64,000 nt of DNA, taken from the NCBI RefSeq assembly GCF_001194135.2, contig NC_068982.1, positions 141,917,069-141,981,068 on the forward strand, read 5' to 3'. Shown here one piece after another: positions 1 through 11,978 of the stretch. Under the pieces are notes generated by a model. It was not told the origin of the DNA. It worked only from the letters and a program-made list of their open reading frames with translations, and made no database searches. The stretch comes from Octopus bimaculoides (taxonomy: Eukaryota). Position 1 is the first letter of the stretch. Every line of letters begins with the position of its first letter. A program made the position numbers and the translations under genes.

Positions 1-29
1 GTGGTATATGTAAAATAATAGCAGACGCT

Positions 30-170
30 GACGGAAGGAAAGGAGGGTGATTTTACGTTTCGAGCAAAGCGCTTTTTCAGAAACCAGAGACAGAGGAAAG
101 TCCAAGAGAAAAGGAAGATGGAAGGAAAAAATCGCCAACATTCGATGTGTAGTTGCATTTTGAAAAAAAA
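30..170 (-). mobile_element. Probable PLE pseudo-LTR fragment with eroded minimal hammerhead motif
   Basis: Minus strand of 51-83 reads TTT-CTGAAAA-A-GCGC-TTT-GCTC-GAA-ACGT-A-AAA, an HHR layout with two substitutions relative to CTGAAGA/GAGC-GCTC. Confidence 0.45.
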
Positions 171-254
171 AAATATATTTATATATTTCTATATGTATAT
201 GCATGTGTTTGTGTGTGTGTGTCTGTTTCTGTGTGAGTGAGTGTGTGTGTGATT

Positions 255-450
255 AGAAATTGTACAAAAACCAGACAAGTGACAGACGCAGGCAGGCGAA
301 AAAGAAACAAGGTGTATTAGTTTGACGCTCAAGAAAACGTAAGTATCTTTGATGTTTCGAGCCTAAACTCTTCTGAAGAATAAAATGAAAAGAAAATACA
401 GATGGAGAAAGGAAAAATGGAGAAAGGAAAAAATAGAGAGAGCAAAAAAA
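255..450 (-). mobile_element. PLE pseudo-LTR-like repeat, same family as 37485-37630
   Basis: Reverse complement shares GCTCGAAAC..AAAG and TGAGCGTCAA(A)CT.ATA.AC with 37540-37600; HHR core decayed (CTTCAGA). Confidence 0.5.
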
Positions 451-1134
451 TTGGCGATCAATGGTTGCACATGGCTACACATGTAAAATATATATTTCTA
501 GATTTATATGCGTGTATATGTCTATTTTTCACTGTGTTAGGGATTTTACACACTATGGCATTATAACAGTATTGTGGCATATTCTAACACAAAAGGTGGT
601 ATATATATACACACATGCTCACACATACACACATACATTGAGAGCGCAAATTGTTTAAGTGAATAACTATGAAAGCCATACAGTGTGACACTGAAGTTTC
701 TAATGACTGGCAGACTAAAACTACTGATCTGGATATTATTGCCCAAGCAATCAGAAATTGTAATGTCTCCTAATCGATAAAAGAATTCTAACGGAAGTTA
801 ATATATATATGAAAAATACACACATACGTGCATGCATACATACATACATACATACATACATACAACCATACATATATGTATTACTTATGTGTTTGTTGTT
901 CAGTAGAAATACTATGGAGACACTCTCATAAAATAAACACCTGCATGAATATAAGAATGTGGAGACATAAAAAAATCGAACAGCAGTTACATCGATAATA
1001 ATTAGTTATTCACGATTTTTTTTTTTGGGGGGGGGGTTAAATAAATATATAAAAACAAATGCAGACGAATATATAAAGAACAATCCAGATTTTGCATATT
1101 ATAACTTTGCTAGAAACCTGACTCAAAATTAGAA

Positions 1135-1335
1135 ATAATTCTAATTTTGACACAAGGTGAGAAATTTTGAAGGGAGGGGCACAGTTCGATAACATTCACA
1201 CCTGTGCATGACGAGTGTTATTTTGTTATCGAACTCGGAGGGACGAAAGACAAAATTGACCAAGATATATATTTCAAAGTAGAACGTAATGAGTCAGAAA
1301 CATTTTTTATCCGACGCGCTAATGATTCTGCCATC
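1135..1335 (-). mobile_element. Degenerate SINE family 1 copy
   Basis: Remnants of the family 1 core and head (gacgaaagacaaaattgacc ... cgcgctaatgattctgcc) in reverse orientation. Confidence 0.5.
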
Positions 1336-1431
1336 ATGTTGTTTTATATATTGTAATAAATAATTGAGAGAGAGGGTCTCGGTATTCCCATTAACATTTC
1401 TAAAATGAATATAGCAGTAAATATATGACAG

Positions 1432-1625
1432 GTTCAAATTTTGGCAGAAGGACGCCAATTACGTAGTGAGGGGATAAGTTGATTACATCGACTCTGTGTT
1501 CAACTAGAACTTATTTCATCGACCACGAAATGAGGAAAGGTAAAGTTGATCGCGGCGGAATTTGCATTCAGAACGTAAAGCATTTTTCCTGATGTGCTAA
1601 TGATTCTACCAGCTAGCCCCGCTTG
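1432..1625 (-). mobile_element. SINE family 1 copy (tail C)
   Basis: Matches the reverse complement of 51293-51470 over head and core (gttgattacatcgac, aaggtaaagttgatc, gcggaattt, gtgctaatgattctaccagct). Confidence 0.7.
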
Positions 1626-1820
1626 CCTTAACAGGAAATATATCATTAAAAACAAATACTATTAATATTTTATGTTTCCATACTTTCAGATGACATATTT
1701 GTTAATTTTGCCTGTACTTTTCCCTTGGTCGATCAAATAAATGGCATGTGCAGTTCTAAAACGGGGTCGATTTACTAAAGTATATATTACACCAAATCTG
1801 TGCTTGTGTGTAAATTTTAG

Positions 1821-1935
1821 AAATCAACACCCGCTACGTGGAGTACTCGGCACACCCTGCAGATGATTTTCAGGTACGTGCTAATGATATGCTGGGGTTA
1901 CCATATCTCCAGCAATTCCTTGATTCTGAACATTA
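1821..1935 (+). mobile_element. Short L1/Tx1 ORF2-derived fragment, paralogous to 6440-6555
   Basis: Ungapped alignment to 6440-6555: INTRYVEYSAHPADDFQVRANDMLGLPYLQQFLDSEH vs VNIRYMKYCAHRANDFQTRTNDTLGLRRLQQFLDARHI, with several synonymous third-position differences. Confidence 0.6.
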
Positions 1936-3439
1936 ATATATGCTTCAAATCATTTAGTATATTAGTAGCGGCCGTACGTTAGCAGTAGTTTTGAGAGCAT
2001 ATGATACAAAATCACTTTTGCTATTTCTTTTGGTTCTTAACGATCTAAGTTCAAATCCCGATGAGATTAACAGCGCATTTTATCAACCTCATCTACACAA
2101 GATGATGTGTCAGTTAGTATTGAATTCAGGTAATTATTTTATAAAAAAAACTGGCATGCGTAATAGCAACAAAGTAGTAAGGGGATTCAGTCCCTGTAAT
2201 TTGTAACCTTTACGAATTTCCCTAAACAATTAGCATTTTATAATCCGTCCAAATCGAGAAATAGAAGCAAAAGTTACAAATATACCAACTCCATGAGAGA
2301 TATTTACCTGTATTCAAGTGCAAAATATGCACCTGATATCAGAGATATGAACTGAAAGGAGTGAAAGGAAAGCCAGATGCGTGAGAACTTACTATAAACA
2401 GCTTGCGCACTAAGATATTTACATACAACATGTTGAATTTATTTTATAATTCATGCACGTGTTTCATCGATTGAAACCTCATAGATTAATTTCAAATTAT
2501 AATGCGTTAAGAAAAATATATTGCTGTTAGAACAAGTAAGTTTTGTTTCAAATTTGAATCCTTTCAAAACATTTCATTTTATTCATAGATTTTCATTCAC
2601 TCTTCCTTTCCATACACATCCTACAGGTGCGAACTTTCAAAGCAGAAATTGCATTACTACTTCACTGCAATATATTTCAGTTTATTTATTCCTTCATTGT
2701 ATTCTCATCAGAAACGGAAAATTTCTATAAAATTTATCGAAGTGCTATGTATTTCATTGCATGATTGCTTAATTCACAAATATACACGAGCTAAAGACAC
2801 TACCAACAAAGAAATAAATTACACTTGTAAAAGTGCGACTTTTGTATGCTTGGCGCTGCTTATAAAACGAAATAGCATGCAAGAGATTAAATTTTACCTG
2901 CTGTCTTCATTTAATTAGACATTCCTTATTAGAGTGCACCAATAACATGCAAGACCACATATGCTTTTTACTACTTTTACGAATAACATTATAGCCAATA
3001 AGTCTAAAGCTATTGTCCCATTATCCGGAATATTTAAAATGCAATTTACAGTGATAAGATCGATAATTGACTCATTCTTCCTTTGACATAAGATTTAATT
3101 TCAATTATCGCTTCTAAAAGAATTACATGAAGAATATTGGATACCATACCAGTGGAGTAATAATTCTATAAAATAATAAAGTAGGAAAATTGTAGATAAC
3201 TTCCATCTACTCAAATATCGAACATCTACTGTCTGCCAATAAACTCATAATAAATACATGCACAGACACAACACTTACACGAGCACCATCAGAAAAACAC
3301 ATATGAATATAACCGTTGGAAGACTATCGATTTTGAAGTAATCTTATACTCGTTTATCACTGGTGTTTGGTTCCATAAAACACCCAGCTCACTGAACCAG
3401 CGACAACTTAAAAGGATAACATACTGGGGAAATAGATTT

Positions 3440-3635
3440 CTTTTCTACCCTAGGAACAGAGCCCGAAATTATTGGGTAGAAGGCCAGTCGATTAGATCGA
3501 CTCCAGTACGCAACTGGTACTTAATTTATTGACCCTGAAAATATAAAAGACAAGGTCAAACTCGGCGGAATTTGAACTCAGAACATAAAGACAGCCGAAA
3601 CACCGCTAAGTATTTCGCCCGGCGTGCTAACGTTT
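3440..3635 (-). mobile_element. SINE family 1 copy (tail B), missing extreme 5' end
   Basis: Clear reverse-complement match to the family consensus; B-box GAGTTCAAATTCC present on minus strand. Confidence 0.85.
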
Positions 3636-3870
3636 CTTATTTCTTTATTTCCCACAAGGGGCTAAGCATAGAGGGGACATACAAGGACAGACAAAGGGAT
3701 AAAGTCGATTACATCGACCCCAGTGCGTAACCGGTACTTAATTTATCAGCCCCGAAAGTATTTAAGGCAAAGTCAACCTCGGTGGAATTTGAACTCAGAA
3801 CGTAACAGCAGACGAAATACGGCTAAGCATTTCGCCCGGCGCGCTAACGTTTCTGCCAGCTCGCCGCCTT
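3636..3870 (-). mobile_element. SINE family 1 near full-length copy (tail A)
   Basis: High similarity to reverse complement of 51293-51530, including AAGGCGGCGAGCTGGCAGAA start and cccttgtggg..ataaagaaataag tail. Confidence 0.9.
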
Positions 3871-4384
3871 TGGGGAAATAGATTTCGATCCGAGACCTGG
3901 AGTTTTTCTCAGCATTGTGGATGTCAGCTGAGACGTGCATTTGTGGTACATGTTGGGTCTTTGAGATTCGACGAACTGAATTATCACTGTTCAATTTGTG
4001 ATAAGCGAGACATGGTTATCCCAGATCAGTGGTGAATGAATCAGTGATAAGCAAAGACAGATGTATAAGCACCCAACTCTCCAATGCGCTGCCTAACATG
4101 TTGAACATGAGTGCGTTTGAAGTGAGTGAATAATGTGAAGACAAGTGACATCACAGCATATTTTTCTCTAAGGATTAGTATCACATGTGTATATTATAAC
4201 CAGAAACATGAATAACAGGCACAGTACACCTAACCGTTTTCCATGTAGATTCCATCTGCTGAAGTTCACTGACAAGTCTCGGGTGGTCTTGAAACCATAG
4301 TGGGTGCACTCACCCAAAATATCATGCATTGGCTATATATGCGAAGTGATCTTTTCAACCAAAACGTTATACCAGCATCTACAC

Positions 4385-4477
4385 ACAAACACATACAGAT
4401 ATACACATACATACACACGCACACACAGACACACACACACAAACACACATACACACACACACAGACACACACACACA

Positions 4478-4513
<36 letters not shown>
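4385..4513. repeat. (CA)n microsatellite running into assembly gap 4514-4688
   Basis: Directly visible. Confidence 0.95.
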
Positions 4514-6224
4514 NNNNNNNNNNNNNNNNNNNNNNNNNNNNNNNNNNNNNNNNNNNNNNNNNNNNNNNNNNNNNNNNNNNNNNNNNNNNNNNNNNNNNNN
4601 NNNNNNNNNNNNNNNNNNNNNNNNNNNNNNNNNNNNNNNNNNNNNNNNNNNNNNNNNNNNNNNNNNNNNNNNNNNNNNNNNNNNNNNNTATATATATATA
4701 TATATATGCATTAATACACATGCACACATATATGCATAAATGTATACTTCTAATATATGGCCGTGCGTGTGTACATATAATTTGTAAATGCGTATATAGA
4801 AATTAATTAAATATGAAATTAAATAAATATAATTGATGTAATGATTGTAATGTATGAAATAAATTCAAAACTTGATTATTGAAAAGCTGGAAGCAATTCT
4901 GAAATTTTATCAAAATGTTATATTTCCACCTGTGTAAAAATCAATGGATACTTTCCAAATAAGTTCATTATAAACCTACAAATTTTCAGAAAATAATTAT
5001 TTAAAATTAAGAGAAATTAATAATTGAATAGAAAATAACTATAGGGAGAAAAACTATGACCCCGAATCTTAAACCCAACTGTAACGATTACTCATAGTGA
5101 ATTATACAAAATATGAGTGAAAGAAAAATTTTACAGCGTGTAGGTAGAGTTTAGTGTCAATGCTTTAATGTTCTTTGTTTTAGCTGTTGAAATGCTCTGA
5201 TGAGGAAGAATCAATAAATTTGAAACTTGAATTAATTCATGGCTATATATTTGTATGCGTATGTGTGATCGTACGTTCACGTATACCTGTGTATACACAC
5301 GTATATATAAGCGTAAACAAATATTAACCCACTAAACTTTCAGTTAAAGAGTTAGAAAAAAAAAAGGTTAAATGTTCAGCATTAGAAAAACTATTTAAAT
5401 TGATTCAATTTATTATTGAAATACAAATGTAATTTTAATGTATATGAATAAGAATAAAAATGTAATTTTATTCCGAAGAAGGTGAAACTAATAAACGGTT
5501 AAAACGTATACATTCTCCAGTCTCTCTTTTTTTTTTAAGTGAACTAATATTCATAATAAACAATGAAAGAGAAATGGTAAATCTCATACTTTTAATGCTC
5601 ATGATGCTATATATCGTTTGTTTTTATTACCTGATCAATTATTTAACATTAAAGCAGCAAATGGTTAAATATGTATGAAAACGCATGACATTAAAATAAT
5701 GATGTAAATAAAAATAAGTTTTACGGTTATTAAAACTATTTTCATTAAATTAACTAAATAAATGAAGTGTTATTCAATGAAATGTTTAAAAAAGGAAAAT
5801 GAAATCTATTGTTACTTAGATAAGTGGGTAATTATTATTTTTATTATTTTACTTGTATAGTTTGAAGGAAGGGTTATGGCCCATGAGCTAAACAAGAATT
5901 CCGAAACCATTAAGTTTCATGTTGCTAAGGTTCTTCTAAAATTTTACCTCATGCGAGTCAAGAATGTCTAACACTAACTAGTTGCAGGTAAAGTTGTCTT
6001 ATGGAAAAACATATTTGTGTTTTTGCTTCTATTTGTCGATATGGACGTATTTTAAATGCCATTATATTGAAAGTGATTGCAACATCTGTGGACCAAAGAC
6101 TCTAGCATATGAGTGAGCTAACTGATACCATCAGTCAAGTGTTTATTTTTTACTTACGTTCAAGAATGTCAGCGTGTTTAGTAACACTGCTCCAAGCCTT
6201 AGAGCAGTATTCCCGTCTGTGTCT

Positions 6225-7135
6225 CAGAGAAATATTTCGAAGACTAGGGTAGCCAGTAGCAGCCAGAAATGTTCCTAAAGAATCGTTCCTAATCGAAAGA
6301 ACCTCTACGTTGGCTCCATTGTCTCTTACAATATCACAATCTTGCTTTATTCCGCTTCACGTCTGGTCAAAGATATCGTCTGCTCTTTCGCCGTTTGTCT
6401 TAGGCATACGATAATCTCGTAAAACCGTTTAATCTACTGTTAACATTCGCTACATGAAGTACTGTGCTCACCGTGCTAATGATTTTCAGACTCGCACTAA
6501 CGATACGCTAGGGCTTCGACGTCTCCAGCAATTCCTCGATGCTAGACATATATAGTCAGACGCCTTTTCCTCTTACTCGCTAACAGAGCTGTAGTGCTGA
6601 GAATAGCTTAAACAGAAATATCATCTATTACCCACAACTATCCACCCGTTGAGAATTGCAGTCCGAGGAAATTCCATGTTCGGATTCCAGAGATTAGTGG
6701 CAGTACAATAGATGGCGGTTCTCGTAAAACAAAACGCTATGCGTCGATCAAAATTACTCACTTGTCTTTTTTAGGGGAAATTTCGGCTCGGCAGTACGAC
6801 AGGAAAGCATTGTTGGTTTGAGAAAAAAACTCTACAGACTCTGGAAGTCCGTTCATCGAACTTGTCCGATATGCGCACAGAGTGACGAAAGCGATCAGTA
6901 AGCTCCAATCTACTGATTTGTAAAGTAATGTTGAACAGTTACCCTCACGAGTAGGACGGTTCCGATTATCAGCTGTGTCCGTTAAAAAGATCTTTCTTTG
7001 AACAGATTTTATCTATATCGCTGGAATCACGGTTGTGTGGTGCAAAAAAAATTCAAAGGGCTGAAGGCCAATACTTCTTCAGACCAATCGTCATCAGCTC
7101 TTTCAAGTTTCACTTTCAAAGAAGATGATCGTACA
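6225..7135 (+). mobile_element. Decayed L1/Tx1-clade non-LTR retrotransposon, ORF2 C-terminal half
   Basis: Frameshifted translations NLYVGSIVSYNITIL, LLFRRL, LGLRRLQQFLD, then zinc-binding region LRKKLYRLWKSVHRTCPICAQSDESDQ (C-x2-C) and SSFKFHFQRR, in the order expected for Tx1 ORF2. Confidence 0.7.
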
Positions 7136-7214
7136 GCGGGGGGAAGGGGAGCAAGATCGAGTATTGAGGATGCGAGAATAATTTGGCCCTGAATCACAAC
7201 AGCTGATTCAATAA

Positions 7215-7565
7215 ATTTGCTTCCTTCGAACCTCGTGATTTCGGGGTCCGTATCACTGCGCAGTACCATGGGCAAGCACCTTCTACTATAGCGAGGGGCC
7301 TACATTCTCTTGTCATTGAATTTAGTATAGGGTAACTGTGTGGGAGCCTATTCAATATATAAGCGGATGTGGTTTCGTGCTTCAGTATTTCTCTTGATCA
7401 TTTATGTTTGTTTACATTTCCGTCACCTTGTGGTTCCGAAAACGAGGCGAACGCGTCCATATATTATATATTAGGCTCAAAACGTATCAAATGGGGCATG
7501 TTTATTCGACTAAAGCCCTGGCATGTCGAGAGTCCATCGACTGAAACGAACAAAAAATAAAGATA
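7215..7565 (+). mobile_element. Degenerate SINE family 2 copy
   Basis: cc(a/t)tgggcaag..cttctactatag core, ggaaactg-like segment and gtttattcgactaaa...gactgaaac tail, matching the reverse complement of 58110-58790. Confidence 0.6.
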
Positions 7566-9387
7566 TACACATACACGAGCGCACACTCGCACGTGTGTGT
7601 CCCGTACGATTGTTGCGGAACATTTCCTATATTTCATGGTATACATCAAGGTTTGCTGCTGGATAAGAATTTCTTTTTCATTTGAGCTTTAGATTGAATT
7701 TAATATAGAATTTGCTTTCATCCTTCTGTGTATTTTACTAGATATAACACCGGGGTTAACTTCCCTTTTCATGTGTCGGAGATCGATATAATACATAAGT
7801 GCATGATGTGTACCAGCTTTGATTCAATCGATTATATTTATCTTTTACAAATGTTTGGCTTTGTGCCAATATAAGTAATAATTTTTCACTAACGAACGTA
7901 GATGGGTTTGTTGGTCGTAAAAGCAAAGCGCCATTTTCTAGACCATAACGATAGTAAGTAAATCTATTTTAAAGCCTTGGTATCAAAGTTTTTAGTATAT
8001 GTAGTATAACTAACATGTCTGACGGTATTCACTTATGTCTGTTATGTTCTCACACTTTTACGATTATACTTGATGTTGCATTTATCCAATTCTGACGAAA
8101 TATATATCAGCCAGATGCTAAGGTTCATATACACATCTGCACAAATATCAATCGTGTGTCGATATAATTGATCTCATTTAATAAAGAACACTAATTATTC
8201 AAGTGATGGATTTGTAGTTTTCTGTCCACTACATCGAATGTTTTAAAGATAATTCATGTCCCTAACTTTGATTCTGTAAACTCTGTTCTCATAAATCAAA
8301 AGTATAATAACTGCATCCTGTTGTACGAGAGACATGGAATTTTACGATAAAATGTTTAAAGCTTTCAATATTTTTTCTTTACATCGCCCATTTTTTGTTC
8401 AAACAATTCGTTTGCAAAAAGGAATACACTAGTTCATATGTTGTTATATACAAACGTTCATTCAGATTTGCTTCTAAATTTAAACCGAGTCTGTTTGAGA
8501 TTTAGGTGATGTTTCTTTGAAAGTATGTTTTATTCGAAGAAATATTAACTTACTGTTCAGAAAATTAAATGAATGCATTATTAATAGTTTCAACGATAAT
8601 TATTTTTATTTTCCTATCCCTTTATATTAAAGATCTTATTTCGTTAATATTTTCCATAATTGAAATATTTTTGTTTTACAATTTGGTCTTCGGATCTTAG
8701 TGAACGTTTATAGAAATGGAAAATATTAAATAATATTTAATCGATAGAAATAAATTATAAAATTTTCTGTCAGCATATTATTTTTTTGTTCGTTATAAAC
8801 CTGCAATCAGATTCAAGATATTTCTTTAATAGTTGATAATAATTTTATGCATTTTTTTTTTACCGTTTAACATTTTTCTCCAATTTTTATCTCCGTCTTC
8901 AATGATCCGGGAAATATTTCATTTGGTTGGTTTTGACATAATTTACTATCATTCAAGTAATTATGGAGCAGTTTGATTACTTTTTTATTTTTACATTATT
9001 TGGTAGGAGGGGGTATTTTAAATCTCTTTTCACTTTCTTTATTCCTCCATGGGTTCCAGCTAATTTATTTCCTTTGCTTTCCATTATCGTCAGCAATTAA
9101 AAACTCATTTAATGCAAACAGAGACCAGTATTACAATTTCTCATTTCTTCTAAATCCAACATCATAATATTCAATTCAGTTTTACATCCTTCAGCCAATG
9201 ATGTCATTCGTTATTCTAAAATAATAAAAAAAGAAGGTAATAAAACCGAATGCAAAGCTACGCGGAGTGAAGCGATGCAATAAAAAATTAAGAATTAGCC
9301 ATTTACTGCTCACAGAATATCAGACAGCAGGGATGAAATAAAAAAACAATTTTGACTATGCAAAAATATTTACTACTCTGCATCTCC

Positions 9388-9450
9388 TCACACACACACA
9401 CACACACACACAGACACACACACACACACACACACATACACACACACACC
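9388..9450. repeat. (CA)n microsatellite
   Basis: Directly visible. Confidence 0.95.
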
Positions 9451-10529
9451 TACATATATATACACTCAAGGGTATTTTATGAATTGATTTAGTCATAGCC
9501 ATATTAATAACCTGATGTACTGCCAAACACTTAGGTTTCAGAGTAGTGCTTCTTAGAGTAAACACCGTTAGCTAATGAACTGGTTTACCTAACTTTTGTC
9601 CTTTCATCAGTCATTAAGTGATATTTGAAAATATATATTTGTGTGAGTTCTTAAGTTTTTGTTGTCGTTCTGCTTCGAATACTGTCACTTTAGACAATAC
9701 AAGCGTTGTAGAGTAGACACATGATCTACAGCTTTCTACTCATGGACATTTCGTGTACTTGTAATTACAAAGATTGAAATGCCAAATGTATCCTTCACCT
9801 ATTAAAATGACGGGGTGTAATTTTAGAGAGGTTTGGCTGCTAGTTATTAAGCTCTTGTGGTTTTGCAACAACCTTATTTTTTGCAGTAACTATTTTTTTC
9901 AAGGTCTGCCCTCGAAACATTGTTAAATGATAAAAAAAAGAACAAAAACGATTGATAGACCTGCTATTAAATACAATACGAAATTACACATTATATAAAG
10001 ACTAGGAGCAATGAACACACACTCACACAGACATACACACATACACATACACACACACTTCATGAAAACCAAAAGTCAAATTTGCTACTATCGTGCGGCA
10101 ATAAATATATATCAATTTTGATAGATTACGGAGATACGATAGAAAACAAAAGTTTAATTAATTAAATAATTTCAAATGACATTTCAATGAATGCAGCTGG
10201 CTGTGGATTTCATATATGAAATTGTTCAGAACACCAGACATGTTTTTCTATGTGAAATTGCGACAAAAGGCCGGATTCCTCGGAGAGTAAGATAAAATAT
10301 ATTGCATATGCTCCAGACTTTCACATTCTGGTAATTCTACCTTTTGTGTCAAACTTGATTTTAGTTAGTGGAAAAAAATTGCGAATTGCAAACGTTACAG
10401 AGAGAGGACAATGGGAAACAATGCTTGCATTTCACCGCAACAATTTTATGAGAATGGCAATGATACCCACTAGTGTTTCTCATCGATCTGCGCGCACAGA
10501 GAAAACTTTTATAAGCTGTGTATATGTGT

Positions 10530-10600
10530 GTGGGGGGGTGGGGGTGGATGGATGGATGGATGGATGGATGGATGGATGGATGGATGGATGGATGGATGGG
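10530..10600. repeat. G-runs followed by (GGAT)n tetranucleotide microsatellite
   Basis: Directly visible. Confidence 0.9.
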
Positions 10601-10689
10601 TGTATCCTTTATATGTAACAGAAGGAGTATTAGATTAGAGTAATCACGTGTTTCATACTTATTTATCTTGTTTGAAATAACTTATTTAT

Positions 10690-11440
10690 CTAATTTCTAA
10701 CGTCAGCTCCATCGAAATAGTCACCCTACGCAACAATACGCCCGTCTCAGCGCTCTGGTCTTGAAGTCGTTTTCGGTATCCAAGTCGAGTGCATTTTGAG
10801 ATTCGCTCCGGATCTCGACAACGGTGTTAAAACGGCGATCCTTGAGCTGCATTTTCATTATGGGGAAGTGCTACATTTGGCGAATAGGGCGGGTGGGAAA
10901 CTGATAACACGTTAATTTTGGCGAGAAACTCCCGAGTGAACAGAGCTTGCTGACAGGGTGTATTGTCGTTGTCAAGAATTCTTCCCGCTCCACAGATCCG
11001 GTCTCTTTTGCCGAATGTCCTCTCTCAAACGCTTCAAAGCCTGGTACCAGAACTCTCGATTGATCCTCTGACCCCGAGGGAAAGATTCTCGATGCACAAT
11101 ACCAAGTTTCACAGGGTGACGCTCTTGGAAGGTCTTCCAAATCGATCATCATCTTCCAGGGATGTTCTTCCGCTTTTGAAATGCTTGTGACTCAAAAAAC
11201 ATTGCGTACGACCAATTGCCTCTTCGTTGAAAGCTTCCGACATTCTATTCAACGTCTCTCTAGCAGAAATCTCAGGTTTAACGCAAAATTTCACGTTGGA
11301 TCTTTGTTCCTGCCCTTGACAAAATCGCAGACAACAGCATATACATGATCACAAAAGCACAAATTTTACAACTTGCGAAGAAAATACAGCGATTTCACTT
11401 GGCACACTGCCTCATGTACGTCCCTGCTAGCTCTCACTGC
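10690..11440 (-). mobile_element. Internally deleted mariner transposon A (transposase pseudogene)
   Basis: Minus-strand EQRSNVKFCVK...HKHFKSGRTSLEDDDRFGRPS (HTH region) joined directly to GIVHRESFPRGQRINREF..LKRLREDIRQKRPDLW, LDNDNTP, SHPPYSPNVA and GDYFDG; WVPHEL and first catalytic D region absent. Confidence 0.9.
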
Positions 11441-11444
11441 GTAC

Positions 11445-11942
11445 GTGATTGGTGGGGCATCGTTTCCCATTCAGACTGCTCCAGTCTTTGGAATGTCGTC
11501 CTCGCTGTATGTGGTCGAGTATTATCCTGAAGGAGGATCAACTTTTGTTTTGAAATCAAAGACAGTCGTTTTTTTCTTCTAGCGCTGACATAAGCCGCTG
11601 AAGCGACTCGCAGTAGATCTCTTTTGCTATCTTTTGGCTTGGGTTTAAATGTTCAAAGTGGACTAAACATTTCATATCGAACGAAAACGATAACATCACC
11701 TTATATGGGTGAAGACCTTATTTAGCCTGTGGTGCCGGTGTTTCTCCTTTCCTTACCCACTCTCTTTGGCGCCTGATATTTTTATAGAGAACCCGTTTCT
11801 CATCACCAGTTTCTATTCGGTTCATAAAAAGGTCCATTCAAGAGATATGAATAAGAATAAGTACAAGGTAAATTATAATCTGATCCCCACCTCCGCCTTC
11901 TAGTTCACGCAATTGAAAAGACCGCATCATTTATGGGATGAC

Positions 11943-11946
<4 letters not shown>
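11445..11946 (-). mobile_element. Internally deleted mariner transposon B with one TIR
   Basis: Minus-strand TA-TTGGGTCATCCCATAAATGATGCGG TIR at 11922-11948, then FMNRIETGDEKRVLY, GLHPYKVMLS, LQDNTRPHTAR, EWETMPH; HTH region and YSPD motif absent. Confidence 0.85.

Positions 11947-11978
<32 letters not shown>

Noticed and set aside
5197-5235. CTGATGAG...GAAAC spaced like a hammerhead core
   Set aside because: No convincing stem II, no stem III with an NUH triplet, and no stem I complement.
7027-7275. 82-aa minus-strand ORF (MPMVLRSDTD...)
   Set aside because: Antisense to the Tx1 3' end and SINE family 2 head; no independent support.
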